Source: Thainema sp. (GTDB taxonomy: Bacteria; Cyanobacteriota; Cyanobacteriia; Phormidesmidales; Phormidesmidaceae). Taken from it: a stretch of DNA of 64,000 nucleotides. The stretch covers positions 71,074 to 135,073 of the forward strand of contig JBQLZK010000010.1 of the NCBI GenBank assembly GCA_052168235.1, written 5' to 3'. The translations under genes were made by a program, and so were the position numbers. Of the stretch, positions 44,154-54,552 are shown piece by piece. The first letter of the stretch is position 1, and the number at the start of each line of letters is the position of its first letter. The notes under the pieces were generated by a model, which saw only the letters and a list, made by a program, of their open reading frames with translations, did not search any database and was not told the origin of the DNA.

Positions 44154-44321
44154 GGCAGTTGCCAATTATTTGCCAATTACTAGAGGGTTAGGCGCTTACA
44201 AAGCGCCTCCCAAATGAATAGTACCGAATCCGACTAAAAAGAACTCGAACTATTTTTTGTGAAGGTCATGCTATGCATAACTTTCACAAAAAATAAAAAA
44301 CTGGTTCTATGAGCGGATTTC

Positions 44322-44357
44322 AGCTAAAAAGCGCTTCTACGGGAGCGCTTTTTAGCT
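44322..44357. terminator. Bidirectional-type terminator hairpin after rplL
   Basis: AGCTAAAAAGCGCTTC..GAGCGCTTTTTAGCT; a further hairpin lies at 44251-44295. Confidence 0.65.
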
Positions 44358-44488
44358 TCAAAGCGAGATTTCACCTATCAATTGCGACATGCGATCGCAC
44401 AGCTAGATCGCACAATTAGAAAGTTCTTACAGTCAATCGCAGGTCAGAGCCCAAAACAGATTGCCGACTATGCGAGTTACCTTCATTG

Positions 44489-44659
44489 CTAATCGCCAAT
44501 CAACCAGGTAAATAAAACCACTAGGATACCGAGCCCAATCCACCGTGGTAGATGCAAATGATAGATCATCCCTAGCGGAATGTAGGCCAAGGTTTCAGTG
44601 ATCATCAGGCTCAACAGGAGGAAAATGAGCAGAAGCACGATGGGAGCGATCGCATACAT
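44489..44659 (-). CDS. Small 56-aa two-TM membrane protein (not in the ORF track)
   Basis: MYAIAPIVLLLIFLLLSLMITETLAYIPLGMIYHLHLPRWIGLGILVVLFTWLIGD; ATG start, TAG stop. Confidence 0.65.
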   Translation of the reverse strand: MYAIAPIVLLLIFLLLSLMITETLAYIPLGMIYHLHLPRWIGLGILVVLFTWLIGD

Positions 44660-44896
44660 AGGGCAAGCTGATCAAGAGAATAGAGAATCACGAAAAGAAC
44701 TATAACAACATTTAAACGGATGCGGAACTTTTACCGTTCGAACTGTGTCTTTATTGAGCAGAACAAAACCAAAAGCATCCGTTGCCATCTATATACAAAT
44801 TTATATCAATCATATTTAAGCTAAATCTCTTCAACTTAAGTCATCACATAATCACTTAAACAGCGATCGCATATTGCAATCAGAATTGGACTGAAC

Positions 44897-45424
44897 ATGT
44901 TAGTAGACAGGAACATGAGAACCCGCCCGTTAAGCTATGCATCATCAGCCATCAAGCCACTGGCCATTGGGCTTTGCTTGGCAATGGTTAGCATCATTGC
45001 TGGATCAAGCCTTGCACAGCAGGCCAACTTTAGCGCAATTTCTCTGGCACCGGGTTTTGAGCATAACCAAGCCCGTATGCGAGGATTTACGCGTGGATCG
45101 TTTTCTCTACCCGCGATCGCAAATCAAGATCGTCACGGCAATTTTTGCTTAGGCTATGCTGCCTCAACGCCCGATCACGTTTTCCAACTGGAAGCCCCAT
45201 TTAATCAGCTTACCGTTCAAGTTGATAGTCGCGGAAATGCGATGACGCTGCTGATTCAAGGACCAAACGAGACAACGATCCGCTGTAGCAGCAGTCATCC
45301 CCGGCAGGGTCATAACGGCATTACTCTTCAGGATCAAGATTGGGCAGCAGGTACCTATCAAGTTTGGGTTGGCTCGGTTGAACAAGGTCAACGGTATGAT
45401 TACGTATTAACCATTCAAGAGTAA
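44897..45424 (+). CDS. Exported hypothetical beta-sandwich (PPC-like) protein
   Basis: Signal peptide (SLA-QQ), CLGY..PDH, GTYQVWVGS. Confidence 0.7.
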   Translation: MLVDRNMRTRPLSYASSAIKPLAIGLCLAMVSIIAGSSLAQQANFSAISLAPGFEHNQARMRGFTRGSFSLPAIANQDRHGNFCLGYAASTPDHVFQLEAPFNQLTVQVDSRGNAMTLLIQGPNETTIRCSSSHPRQGHNGITLQDQDWAAGTYQVWVGSVEQGQRYDYVLTIQE

Positions 45425-45523
45425 AACTTGATCTCAAAATCCCCCGCAAATGGGTCGTCAACTTGTTACGGGTCAACGTTAAGATAAATAGTGGTTTGTC
45501 TGACCAAACAGGGGGATGCCCAG

Positions 45524-46249
45524 GTGCTAAAGACGCTACGTGAAGATTTTCAAATTATCTTTGAGCGAGATCCGGCAGCTCGAAACTGGCTAGAAGTTTT
45601 ATTTTGCTATCCTGGCCTGCAAGCGCTGTTATTTCATCGTTTGGCGCATTGGCTTTGGCACATTGGGTTACCGTTTCTGCCACGCCTCATCTCCCACATC
45701 AGCCGCTTTATTACCGGAATTGAAATTCATCCGGGCGCTCAGATTGGGCAGGGCGTTTTCATCGATCACGGCATGGGCGTGGTGGTGGGTGAAACTGCCA
45801 TCATTGGCAACTACTGCTTAATTTATCAGGGCGTCACCCTCGGAGGTACGGGCAAAGAATCCGGCAAGCGTCACCCCACTCTCGGTGAAAATGTTGTGGT
45901 CGGCGCGGGTGCAAAAGTACTCGGCAACCTTCTGATCGGCAACAATGTGCGAATCGGTGCTGGATCAGTTGTTTTACGAGATGTACCGTCCGATTGCACC
46001 GTTGTCGGTGTACCCGGTCGGATTGTCTACCGCTCTGGAGAACGGGTTGATCCTCTAGAACACAATCGCTTACCGGATTCAGAGGCCCAGGTCATCCGCG
46101 CTTTGGTGGATCGCATCGAGTCTCTAGAAAAACAGGTTGAAGAACTGAGCCGTCAGCCTATCGCGGTTCATGCCCATATTTCCGCAGCCGAAAGTTGCAA
46201 ACTGCGCGACAAGGTGATCAACGAGTTTTTAGATGGTTCTGGTCTATAA
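45524..46249 (+). CDS. cysE: Serine O-acetyltransferase
   Basis: [27 protein letters not shown] hexapeptide region; GTG 45524 after a GGGGGA RBS. Confidence 0.96.
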   Translation: MLKTLREDFQIIFERDPAARNWLEVLFCYPGLQALLFHRLAHWLWHIGLPFLPRLISHISRFITGIEIHPGAQIGQGVFIDHGMGVVVGETAIIGNYCLIYQGVTLGGTGKESGKRHPTLGENVVVGAGAKVLGNLLIGNNVRIGAGSVVLRDVPSDCTVVGVPGRIVYRSGERVDPLEHNRLPDSEAQVIRALVDRIESLEKQVEELSRQPIAVHAHISAAESCKLRDKVINEFLDGSGL

Positions 46250-46332
46250 ATTACGATCAGCTGCGATCGCAAAAACTGCCAAATTTATCTCAAATTCATA
46301 AGGTGAGGTGGGTAAACTGCCTCACTTTGTGT

Positions 46333-47112
46333 TTACTGATGAAAAAGCCGTTGCCAGCGATATTTAAGCACCTGTAGGCTAAAGAGCACGACAAAAGCAG
46401 GATTATTGATCAGGTAGCGTTTCCAGAGCCGACGGGGTTCAGCCGCTAGACGATACAGCCATTCCAAACTGAGCCGCATCATCCAGCGGGGAGCTTGAGA
46501 TACTTCTCCACTGTGGAAGGCAAACGCCGCACCGACGCCAATCATCACTGCATTGAGCCTACCCTGCTGCCGATTCATCCATTCTTCTTGCTTTGGACAG
46601 CCCAGTCCGACAAATACAACAGCAGCACGAGAAGCGTGAATCCGTTTAATATCGACTGCCTCTTCCTCTGGCGTTAAGGTGCGAAAGGGTGGAGAGTAAG
46701 CACCTGCGATAGCAAGTTTAGGAAACTGCTGCTGCAAATTCCGCTGCAGTTTTTCCAGCATAGATTCCGTGCCACCGTACAGGTAAATCGGCAAACCATA
46801 CCGAGAAGCGCGATCGCACCAGGCTAGCATCAGATCTGGCCCATAGACTCGCGTTTGGTTCGATACCCCCAATAGCCGTAACCCCAACACCAACGGCATT
46901 CCGTCTGGCGTCACTAAAATCGCCTGATTCAAAATTTGCCGATAGGCAGGCTGCCAATATGCCGTCATCACCACATGCACATTGGCCGCCACAATGTAGC
47001 AGGATCTTCGCTCCTGTGCCCAGATAAAAATGCGATCGCAAGCATCTTCATAGGAAGTGGCATCAATCCGACTTCCTATGAGATTGCGTGATGAAAGTAG
47101 GGCTAAACTCAT
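46333..47112 (-). CDS. WecB/TagA/CpsF family glycosyltransferase
   Basis: PDGMP, RVYGPDL, GLGCPKQE, GVGAAF, EWLYRLAAEPRRLWKRY. Confidence 0.93.
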   Translation of the reverse strand: MSLALLSSRNLIGSRIDATSYEDACDRIFIWAQERRSCYIVAANVHVVMTAYWQPAYRQILNQAILVTPDGMPLVLGLRLLGVSNQTRVYGPDLMLAWCDRASRYGLPIYLYGGTESMLEKLQRNLQQQFPKLAIAGAYSPPFRTLTPEEEAVDIKRIHASRAAVVFVGLGCPKQEEWMNRQQGRLNAVMIGVGAAFAFHSGEVSQAPRWMMRLSLEWLYRLAAEPRRLWKRYLINNPAFVVLFSLQVLKYRWQRLFHQ

Positions 47113-48290
47113 TGCTGCTTAGCCTGGTCAATAGCTTGTTGATAAATTGTCATGAGCAGCTGATAGTTTTTTTCGGCAGTAAATTTAGCTTCAAATTCTT
47201 GTCGAGCGTTTTTCCGCATAATTAACCACTCTTTTGGATGATCATCAAGCCATCTAATCTGCCGAACCATATCTTCAATATTGCCAGGTTCAAAATGTAA
47301 ACCGTTATATTGATGACAGATCAAACTTTCCATTGCACCCAAGCGCGAAGCTATCACAGGTGTGCCTTTAGCAAAAGACTCAACAATTGTCAGTGGCAAA
47401 CCTTCATACCACTGAGATGGAAACACTAATGCTTTTGCCCGTCCCATCCATTCATAAACTTGCTCAGACGGCAGTTGTCCCAGATACTCCACTTTAGACA
47501 ATTGAGAGCTGGTCTGCTGGACAATATTTTCCATCGGGCCTTTGCCAATAAACTTGATTGGAGGAAGATCAGGGTAACTCATCCAAGCTAACACTAGCAT
47601 TTGTATTCCCTTCTCAGGAGATAGCCGTCCTACATAAAGCAGAAAGTTATCTTTATTCAAGCTTTCACCTGGGTCTGGACTGACAAAATTAGGTTTGATG
47701 AATATTTTATGGCTTGGTAAGCCACCTTGAATGGCTTTTTGTTTAAAGAAATCAGTCGTAACAATATAACGATCAACTTTATTTTGCCATGTTCCTAGCA
47801 ACCGATGACTGGCTTGCATCAAAGCCACAGCAGTACTTTGCGCATAACTATTCCTATAACATTTATAAAATATGCCGGGCAACGCAAATGGTTGATTCAA
47901 GCAGACTTCACAGGGAGACTGATCACGAATAAAATATCCATTAAGGCACCACAGTCGATAGTTTTGCAAAGTTTGAATAACAGGAACTTTAGTCTTTGCT
48001 GCATGGTGAATTGCAGGTGATATTAGCGGGAAAAAATTATGGACATGGATAAGGTCAGGCTTAAATCCTTCAATAACTTGGCATATTTTTGAGTAATCCT
48101 CCTTGCTCCAAATAGCTCGAAGTCCAGCTTCCAACCTAGAAATATTATTGGAAATCTCTTGATTTGCTCTAGTGTACCGATAAACTTGGTGATCATATTG
48201 CTCAAGTAACTTAGATTCTCTCTCAAAGGTTTGACCTTCTCCACCCGGAATCTGATACTTATTATGAACCATCAGTATTTTCATAAACAA
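47109..48290 (-). CDS. GT4 family glycosyltransferase
   Basis: HVHNFFPLISP, YVGRLSPEKG and EX7E motif (YEGLPLTIVES). Confidence 0.92.
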   Translation of the reverse strand: MFMKILMVHNKYQIPGGEGQTFERESKLLEQYDHQVYRYTRANQEISNNISRLEAGLRAIWSKEDYSKICQVIEGFKPDLIHVHNFFPLISPAIHHAAKTKVPVIQTLQNYRLWCLNGYFIRDQSPCEVCLNQPFALPGIFYKCYRNSYAQSTAVALMQASHRLLGTWQNKVDRYIVTTDFFKQKAIQGGLPSHKIFIKPNFVSPDPGESLNKDNFLLYVGRLSPEKGIQMLVLAWMSYPDLPPIKFIGKGPMENIVQQTSSQLSKVEYLGQLPSEQVYEWMGRAKALVFPSQWYEGLPLTIVESFAKGTPVIASRLGAMESLICHQYNGLHFEPGNIEDMVRQIRWLDDHPKEWLIMRKNARQEFEAKFTAEKNYQLLMTIYQQAIDQAKQQ

Positions 48291-48364
48291 ATAAGCTCAA
48301 CCCATTCAATGGCCACCCATTTAACCAATAAGAAAAATACTATTACAGGATAAATTACTCACCC

Positions 48365-49270
48365 TTAATCAACTATATAATTTATCTCTACAGGCTTTAT
48401 TGCTATTGCCTGTAATGATGCTCCTAAATTCAATAAAGGTGCTAAACCATATATGGCACTTGCTCCAGATCTAAGGATACTCGGAAACTTTTGTAAAATT
48501 TCTATCTTTTGCGGACGTATTGTGTAAGCGTGAATACCAGAAAATCCAACCCTTTCAAGTGCATATCTAACAGATGATGGATTAAAATAATTGATATGTT
48601 CAGGTGGGATAATTTGAGACCACTTTTCCCTTCTGATTTTTGCACCTAAGCTATTTATATTGGGAGTTTCAAGAAAAATAACTCCGCCAGGACGTAATAC
48701 TTCATAAATGTGCTGCAGCATCGATATTGGATCTAATAAATGCTCAATGACATGATAAGAGGTGACAACGTCGTACGTATTAGCAGGTAGAGCAGCAGTA
48801 TTAATAGTTCCTACATGAATACAGTCTTTGCCAAGTAGTTTACTAGCTTGACATGCTGCCATATCTGAGATTTCGACTCCTTCTACTTGCCAACCATGTT
48901 GAGCAGAAAAATGTAGGAAGTCTCCTGTCCCACAACCTACATCTAGCAACCTCAATTGTGTTTTCTTTGAACTCAAAGATGAACCATATTTATTTAAGAA
49001 AAAAACAAACTGTTTATATCTTGTCTCTGCAAACTCTGGTCCTGTCATGCAGCTAGTTTGATAATCTTTTCTATACTGCGGGGAATTGTAATAATCTTCT
49101 AGTTCTTGTAGTGTAGGACGTGGAGCATAAAACACTACATTACATTCAGAACAAAGCAATAACTTCCCTTTATTGACATCATAGAGATGGCGGCAATTAG
49201 AAATATCACAAAGAGGGCAATTACTTATATTCATGTTTTCAGGAATATTGGTACTCTTCATCAGAATCAA
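48365..49270 (-). CDS. Class I SAM-dependent methyltransferase with an N-terminal Cys cluster
   Basis: CPLC...CSEC, LLDVGCGTG, YHVIEHL, PEHINYF. Confidence 0.88.
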   Translation of the reverse strand: MILMKSTNIPENMNISNCPLCDISNCRHLYDVNKGKLLLCSECNVVFYAPRPTLQELEDYYNSPQYRKDYQTSCMTGPEFAETRYKQFVFFLNKYGSSLSSKKTQLRLLDVGCGTGDFLHFSAQHGWQVEGVEISDMAACQASKLLGKDCIHVGTINTAALPANTYDVVTSYHVIEHLLDPISMLQHIYEVLRPGGVIFLETPNINSLGAKIRREKWSQIIPPEHINYFNPSSVRYALERVGFSGIHAYTIRPQKIEILQKFPSILRSGASAIYGLAPLLNLGASLQAIAIKPVEINYIVD

Positions 49271-49296
49271 GCACTAATATGAATTAATTAATCAGT

Positions 49297-50211
49297 TCAA
49301 AATCTAATTAAATTTATCACCTTTCGAATCAAACGCGATGTTAGTCCATACATTATCTGTAGCGTAAACTTATCAGCTTCAGCATTCCGAATCACAAAAG
49401 GAGGATGTAGCAAGGGGAATTTCATATGGCTAGTCTGCATATTAGAAAAATCGCTTTTGGCAAACTTAGTATGAGTTCCTTGTATAGAGAAACCAATATT
49501 GCTTACCAGATTATTTTGAGGTAAAACTGTTAATCCGTTTTGAAGCCAACAAGCCAATTCCCATCCATAAGCCCAACTATCGAGCTGATTATCATAAACT
49601 TTTTGAAAAATTTTTCTTCGATGTCTTTCTTCTTTACTGTTATCAAGGATATTTTCAAGCCACTTATCATCACGGACTTCGGGCCAAAGATGCATATTAA
49701 CATCATAATGTTTCCAGGCCCGTTTCCAAGTTGCCCACCCCCAACAATGAGGATAGCGAGAAAAATAGTAACTATACTTTGAGCGCTTTCGACCAAATTG
49801 GAAGTTGTCGCCAGAGATCGCCATGATTCTTGTGTCATGACGATAATATTTTAGTAATTCTTGACAAAACTGAAAAAAACTTAGTTCTGGAACACAGTCA
49901 TCTTCTAAAATTATAGCTTCTTCAACTTGCTCAAACACCCAGTTTAAGCCGCTTGAAACTCTGGCTTTGCAACCCAAGTTACTAGCAGCATAGTTTTTAA
50001 AAACCTGGCAGTTCCAATCAACTCTTTCAATAATATTTCTGGCTGCTTGGCACAGGTGATCTTCATTCTCTTTCTCTTTACGAGGGCCATCCGCAACTAC
50101 AAAAAGTTGCTTGGGTTGTAATTGACGAATGACATCAAACACGACCTGCGTAGTGTCGGCCCGATTGAAGATCAATAAAACTACAGGAACATCAAACTCG
50201 CTGTTGCTCAT
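49297..50211 (-). CDS. GT-A fold nucleotide-sugar transferase (HlpA-like family)
   Basis: IFNR, VADGPR, NLGC, IILEDDC, WGWATWKRAW, NLVSNIGF. Confidence 0.85.
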   Translation of the reverse strand: MSNSEFDVPVVLLIFNRADTTQVVFDVIRQLQPKQLFVVADGPRKEKENEDHLCQAARNIIERVDWNCQVFKNYAASNLGCKARVSSGLNWVFEQVEEAIILEDDCVPELSFFQFCQELLKYYRHDTRIMAISGDNFQFGRKRSKYSYYFSRYPHCWGWATWKRAWKHYDVNMHLWPEVRDDKWLENILDNSKEERHRRKIFQKVYDNQLDSWAYGWELACWLQNGLTVLPQNNLVSNIGFSIQGTHTKFAKSDFSNMQTSHMKFPLLHPPFVIRNAEADKFTLQIMYGLTSRLIRKVINLIRF

Positions 50212-50917
50212 ATTGCTTATCCAGAAAGATCAGTGTGTTGAGCGTTTTAGCAAATAAAATATAGCCTCTTGAAGATAGAAACTGATAAGTCTGTGATTCT
50301 TGGGCATGATCCAAGGAGAATTTTGCCTGCTCAATCAGAACACATTTGGGCCGGAAAAGCTCCCATTCATTTGATTCGAGAACATTCAAGTCTAAACCTT
50401 CAACATCAATCGATATAATATCAATTTTCTGATTTTCAGGTAAGTATTTTTTTAGTACATTGGCTAGAGTTTGTGTTTTTACGGCCTGTTTATTAATTAG
50501 TTTATACAGCTCAAGATTACGCGTTTGGGCCAACTCAGAATCAAATGTGTTGAGAGCTGTTTCGTTAAAAACAAAATATGTTAAGTCTTCAGATTTATTG
50601 GAAATCGCGGCTTCTATATTAATATCTCTTGGTCTATATACTCTAAACAATCGCATACTTCCAGGCATTGCATCAATATTAATGCCTTTCCATCCACGTT
50701 TGTAGAAGAAATAAGTGTTGGAAAATCGCTTAGGATGATGTGCCCCCACATCTACATAAAATCCAAGTTTCTGATGTTCAAATATTCGCCTCAAAATCAT
50801 ATCTTCGCCTTCTTGCGAGTATGATTTATGAGCGTATAAGTTCAAAAAGGCAGAGCCGATTTCCCATATAAATCGTCGTACGGAATAAGGAATAATCGTT
50901 TTTAACGCTGTTTTCAT
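50192..50917 (-). CDS. FkbM family methyltransferase
   Basis: YSQEGED, YVDVGAHHP, SNT, SIDVEG. Confidence 0.9.
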   Translation of the reverse strand: MKTALKTIIPYSVRRFIWEIGSAFLNLYAHKSYSQEGEDMILRRIFEHQKLGFYVDVGAHHPKRFSNTYFFYKRGWKGINIDAMPGSMRLFRVYRPRDINIEAAISNKSEDLTYFVFNETALNTFDSELAQTRNLELYKLINKQAVKTQTLANVLKKYLPENQKIDIISIDVEGLDLNVLESNEWELFRPKCVLIEQAKFSLDHAQESQTYQFLSSRGYILFAKTLNTLIFLDKQYEQQRV

Positions 50918-50940
50918 GTCATTATTATCTTGTATTACAG

Positions 50941-51642
50941 CTAATCTGCATCAACGTGCTTCTTGAGAGAGCCTGGTCCATGTAACGGCTGAACGTTATT
51001 ACAGGGTCGAACCGCGAATTTCCTGCTGATAAATAAAGATGTTGTCCACGTATAAAAGTTAATGGGACCAAATCCAGTCATATCTACTTGAATTAAATCA
51101 GCATCACGAAGCGCTTGAGCTGTATAAACATGCCAGTCCGAATTATCTAGGATAATCAAACCTCCTTCCTTTAATTTAGCAATCGCTTTTAATGCACACT
51201 CTTTTCGATAAAGTCCATCAATAATAATGACATCCAAATCAGCATGCTTTTCAATAGCAGAAATATAGTCTTCTTTGTCTTCTAGTAACAAGATATTCAA
51301 ATTATTAGGACAGTGCTTAGAAATAGATTTAAACCAACTTGGGTTATGCTCTATGCTGATAACTTCTTTGGCACGATCTGCCCAGAAAAAACTTGAATTT
51401 CCCGAACCATACTCAAAGACTTTCTTATCAGAAAAATTCAATTGCTTGAGATAGTCAATTGCTGGATATGTATACCAAGGAATAGGTTTGTTTTGTGCAT
51501 CAACACAAGTCCATCTACAAACTGTACGTAATTGTCCGTAATCAATTTGTAAGATCTTAAAGTTGGTTAACGCAGTTCCTATAGCTCGTGGTGTAACTTT
51601 TCTGAAAATCTTACCCAATAAACTCATAGATAGGTCCTTCAT
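50941..51642 (-). CDS. SAM-dependent methyltransferase
   Basis: PWYTYPA, VFEYGSGNSS, IEHN, IIDG, ILDNSD. Confidence 0.82.
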   Translation of the reverse strand: MKDLSMSLLGKIFRKVTPRAIGTALTNFKILQIDYGQLRTVCRWTCVDAQNKPIPWYTYPAIDYLKQLNFSDKKVFEYGSGNSSFFWADRAKEVISIEHNPSWFKSISKHCPNNLNILLLEDKEDYISAIEKHADLDVIIIDGLYRKECALKAIAKLKEGGLIILDNSDWHVYTAQALRDADLIQVDMTGFGPINFYTWTTSLFISRKFAVRPCNNVQPLHGPGSLKKHVDAD

Positions 51643-53006
51643 CTAAGAAGTAGGGCTGACGACATTATATATGCGATTGGTCGAGTGTTTCTTGAAAAAA
51701 AGCAGGCAAGATAAGCAGCGATAATATAGGAGACTAAAGTAGCAATTGCAGCTCCAATCTCTGCATAGCTAGGAATCAATAAGTAGTTGGTCAGAATATT
51801 TATTACTGCACCAAACATTGTAGTGATGAAAGAAAAAACAAGCAGATTTTCTGCTGCCATCCAGAGCTCTCGGATGACACCTAGAGAGACAAATAATCCT
51901 GACCAGACATGAATTGATAGCACTAAGCCAGCTTCTTGGTAAGCCTGTCCAAAAGTAAGTGAAATAAACGATGTTGAAAACAACATCATAGGAAGAATAA
52001 TTAGATAATTAATACCTATCACAAACTTGAAGAGGGAATGAATCTTTTTGCAATAGGTGTCTTGGCTATCCAACTTTGCCTGTAAAACTGTTGGAAATAT
52101 TGAGCTTGCGATCGCAACTGGAATAAAATACCAAGATTCTGATAGTTTAACGGCAGCTGAATAAATTCCGACTGCATCATCTCCAATCATTTGGCCCAGC
52201 ATAATCTGATCAATTCGCATATAAACTGTAACGGCAATACCAGACAGGATCAGAGGCCAACTGCTAGCAAGTAAAGTTTTTGCTCGTTTGAGATTAAATT
52301 TCCAGGATAGAAGAGGCTGCCCAGTGAATATATAAACGATACCTAAACCAACTGAACGGATAAAGGTTTCTAGCAGCGCTATAACCCCAAATGCATAAAC
52401 AGATGCACGTGCAAAAATTAGTCCTACTTTGGCGGCACTTGTAATCAAATAAGCAGAACTGCGTGCGAAGATGTCTTGCTTGGCTTGAACTTGGGACTGA
52501 AACCAGAAGCTGACCACCTCAGAAGCTTGTAATGCTAAGGCAATTGCTGCAAATCCCACCAACCAATGAATTGCCGTTTCACCTGGACGTAAAACTAATA
52601 TCAGTGCGATGGCAATTGCCGCGATACAAAATCCAGATAGCAAACGTAGCCCAAAAGCCGTTCCCAGAATTTCGTCTTTATCTGTAGGAGTCTGAACAAT
52701 ATCTCTAACTACGATTTTGTTTAGTCCCAGGGTCGAAAAAGCGCTAAACATGGAGACAAATGCGATCGCATAATTAAGTAACCCGAATTGCTCTGGCCCT
52801 AGGTATCGTGCGACCCAGATTCCAATAGTCAATTCTCCAATGGCGCGCAGAATTTTATCGACAAATAGCCATGCCGTATTGCCTGCAATCTTTTGGTTGC
52901 TGGGATCACTTAATTTACGACGAATAATCGGAGGCAGATACTGCAAAAAAGCTGAACGCATACGACGCGTAGTAGCAAATGGGGACATGATTATAGAGTG
53001 CCCCAC
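51639..53006 (-). CDS. wzx: Wzx-type polysaccharide flippase (start may be about 52988)
   Basis: NTAWL, ARYLGPEQFG, YMRIDQIML, GIYSAA; about 12 TM helices. Confidence 0.9.
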   Translation of the reverse strand: MGHSIIMSPFATTRRMRSAFLQYLPPIIRRKLSDPSNQKIAGNTAWLFVDKILRAIGELTIGIWVARYLGPEQFGLLNYAIAFVSMFSAFSTLGLNKIVVRDIVQTPTDKDEILGTAFGLRLLSGFCIAAIAIALILVLRPGETAIHWLVGFAAIALALQASEVVSFWFQSQVQAKQDIFARSSAYLITSAAKVGLIFARASVYAFGVIALLETFIRSVGLGIVYIFTGQPLLSWKFNLKRAKTLLASSWPLILSGIAVTVYMRIDQIMLGQMIGDDAVGIYSAAVKLSESWYFIPVAIASSIFPTVLQAKLDSQDTYCKKIHSLFKFVIGINYLIILPMMLFSTSFISLTFGQAYQEAGLVLSIHVWSGLFVSLGVIRELWMAAENLLVFSFITTMFGAVINILTNYLLIPSYAEIGAAIATLVSYIIAAYLACFFSRNTRPIAYIMSSALLLR

Positions 53007-53088
53007 TTCTTACATATCCGTTCAGCTCCTCAACTCTTTGCAATGTATACCAATCTCGCGCAGGTGACTCATCCTCAGAGAAGCGATG

Positions 53089-53901
53089 TCACCGCAACGC
53101 TTGCACTGCCGACTGCGTTAGCTGCTGAATGGCTGCCAAATCAGGGACTGGCGTTTCCGAGTTCAGCGTCAGCCAGAGCAAATACTCCACATTTCCGGCA
53201 GGGCCAGGGGCAGGGGAATAGGTCAAATCGCGATAGCGCCAGCCCAGTTGGAGTGCCGATTGGATCACCTGCATAATCGCGTCCGAATGATCTTTGGGAT
53301 CGCGTACGACACCTTTTTTGCCGATGCGATCGCGACCGACTTCGAACTGGGGTTTGACCAATAGAATCACATCTTTCGGTGGTTCGAGGAGATGCCAGAG
53401 AGCAGGCAGAATTTTGGTAAGGGAGATAAACGAGACATCGGCGACACCTAAATCGGGGAGTGCTTGTCCCTCGGTGTAGAGATCGTCTGGCTTCAAGTGA
53501 CGCAGATTGGTTCGTTCACGCAGAATCACGCGCGGATCTTGGCGCAAACTCCAGGCAACTTGTCCGTAGCCGACGTCAATGCCATAAACCTGAGCAGCCC
53601 CAGCTTGCAGGAGGCAATCGGTAAAGCCACCCGTTGAAATACCGCCGTCGAGGCAACTGCGATCGCAAACTTCAATATCAAAAACCTGTAGCGCTTGCGC
53701 CAGCTTTTCGCCGCCGCGTGAGACGTAGGGCGATTTCTGCTTAACGGTCACGTCCGCAGTGGGATCGATAGGCGTACCGGGTTTATCGACTACCTGATCA
53801 TTGACCCGTACTTCTCCCGCCCGGATCAATCGCTGTGCTTGATGGCGCGAATCACAAAGCTGGCGTTCGACTAGCAGCATATCAAGTCGTTGTTTGGCCA
53901 T
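53089..53901 (-). CDS. tlyA: TlyA family rRNA 2'-O-methyltransferase (S4 plus FtsJ-like domains)
   Basis: RLD S4 domain, YVSRGGEKL, STGGFTDCLLQ, DVSFISL, KPQFE, GNVEY. Confidence 0.94.
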   Translation of the reverse strand: MAKQRLDMLLVERQLCDSRHQAQRLIRAGEVRVNDQVVDKPGTPIDPTADVTVKQKSPYVSRGGEKLAQALQVFDIEVCDRSCLDGGISTGGFTDCLLQAGAAQVYGIDVGYGQVAWSLRQDPRVILRERTNLRHLKPDDLYTEGQALPDLGVADVSFISLTKILPALWHLLEPPKDVILLVKPQFEVGRDRIGKKGVVRDPKDHSDAIMQVIQSALQLGWRYRDLTYSPAPGPAGNVEYLLWLTLNSETPVPDLAAIQQLTQSAVQALR

Positions 53902-54368
53902 TAGTCAGACTCTACTTCACCCGCAACTCGTTGGCGCTGCTGCCGCAGAGTCGTTAAGTCTTGCATCAGCCGATCGAGCGCCGTTTTATCACCTTGCTGA
54001 TCGTACAGATCACTGGCAATCAAGAGGTTCCGCAGCGCCGCCTGATCGTCGCCCAAATTGGCAAACGTCAGACCCAAATTATGGAATGCCTCCGCGCAGT
54101 TGCGATCGCGGCTCAAAACATCCGAAAACGCCTGAATCGCTTGTCGATACTTGCCTGTTTGCAGCGCCTCGCAACCTTGCTGAAACCGCTGCCGTGCCGC
54201 GTCATCTAGCGCTGGAGTCGGTGCTGAGGCTGACTGGAAGACGACCGATTTACCCGTGGGCCAAAAATATGCGGCTGCGATCGCACCCATGCCAATGCCC
54301 AAAATGGTGGCCACCACGCCAAACCAGATTGCGATATTCCCAATTGAAATTCCGCCTGAACTTTCCAC
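53901..54368 (-). CDS. Membrane-anchored TPR protein
   Basis: N-terminal TM helix; AEAFHNLG TPR pattern; coupled to tlyA by a TAATG overlap. Confidence 0.8.
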   Translation of the reverse strand: MESSGGISIGNIAIWFGVVATILGIGMGAIAAAYFWPTGKSVVFQSASAPTPALDDAARQRFQQGCEALQTGKYRQAIQAFSDVLSRDRNCAEAFHNLGLTFANLGDDQAALRNLLIASDLYDQQGDKTALDRLMQDLTTLRQQRQRVAGEVESD

Positions 54369-54482
54369 GATTTATCCTTCAGTTGCTGCCGCTATTCCAT
54401 CTTGCCCTAAAACGTAAAAATGGACACTGCGCTGTCCTGGCAGCACAATGCCCATTTCACGTTATTTGAAGTTTGTGGTCAT

Positions 54483-54514
54483 GTAGGTTGGGTTGAGCAA
54501 CGCGAAACCCAACA
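54483..54514. repeat. REP-like element GTAGGTTGGGTTGAG...GAAACCCAACA
   Basis: Reverse-orientation copy at 57298-57327. Confidence 0.7.
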
Positions 54515-54552
54515 GATATCTAGGATTGATGGGCATCACCCACCCGACAAAC

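Noticed and set aside
44154..44488. Absence of rpoB after rplL
   Set aside because: Normal arrangement in cyanobacteria, where rpoBC lies elsewhere
44489..44659. psaJ, or two frameshifted mini-ORFs
   Set aside because: Only superficial similarity to PsaJ and no psaF; re-reading CTA GGG ATG shows one continuous frame
49297..53901. Haemolysin/virulence genes (HlpA-like, TlyA)
   Set aside because: Motifs and context indicate a glycosyltransferase and an rRNA methyltransferase
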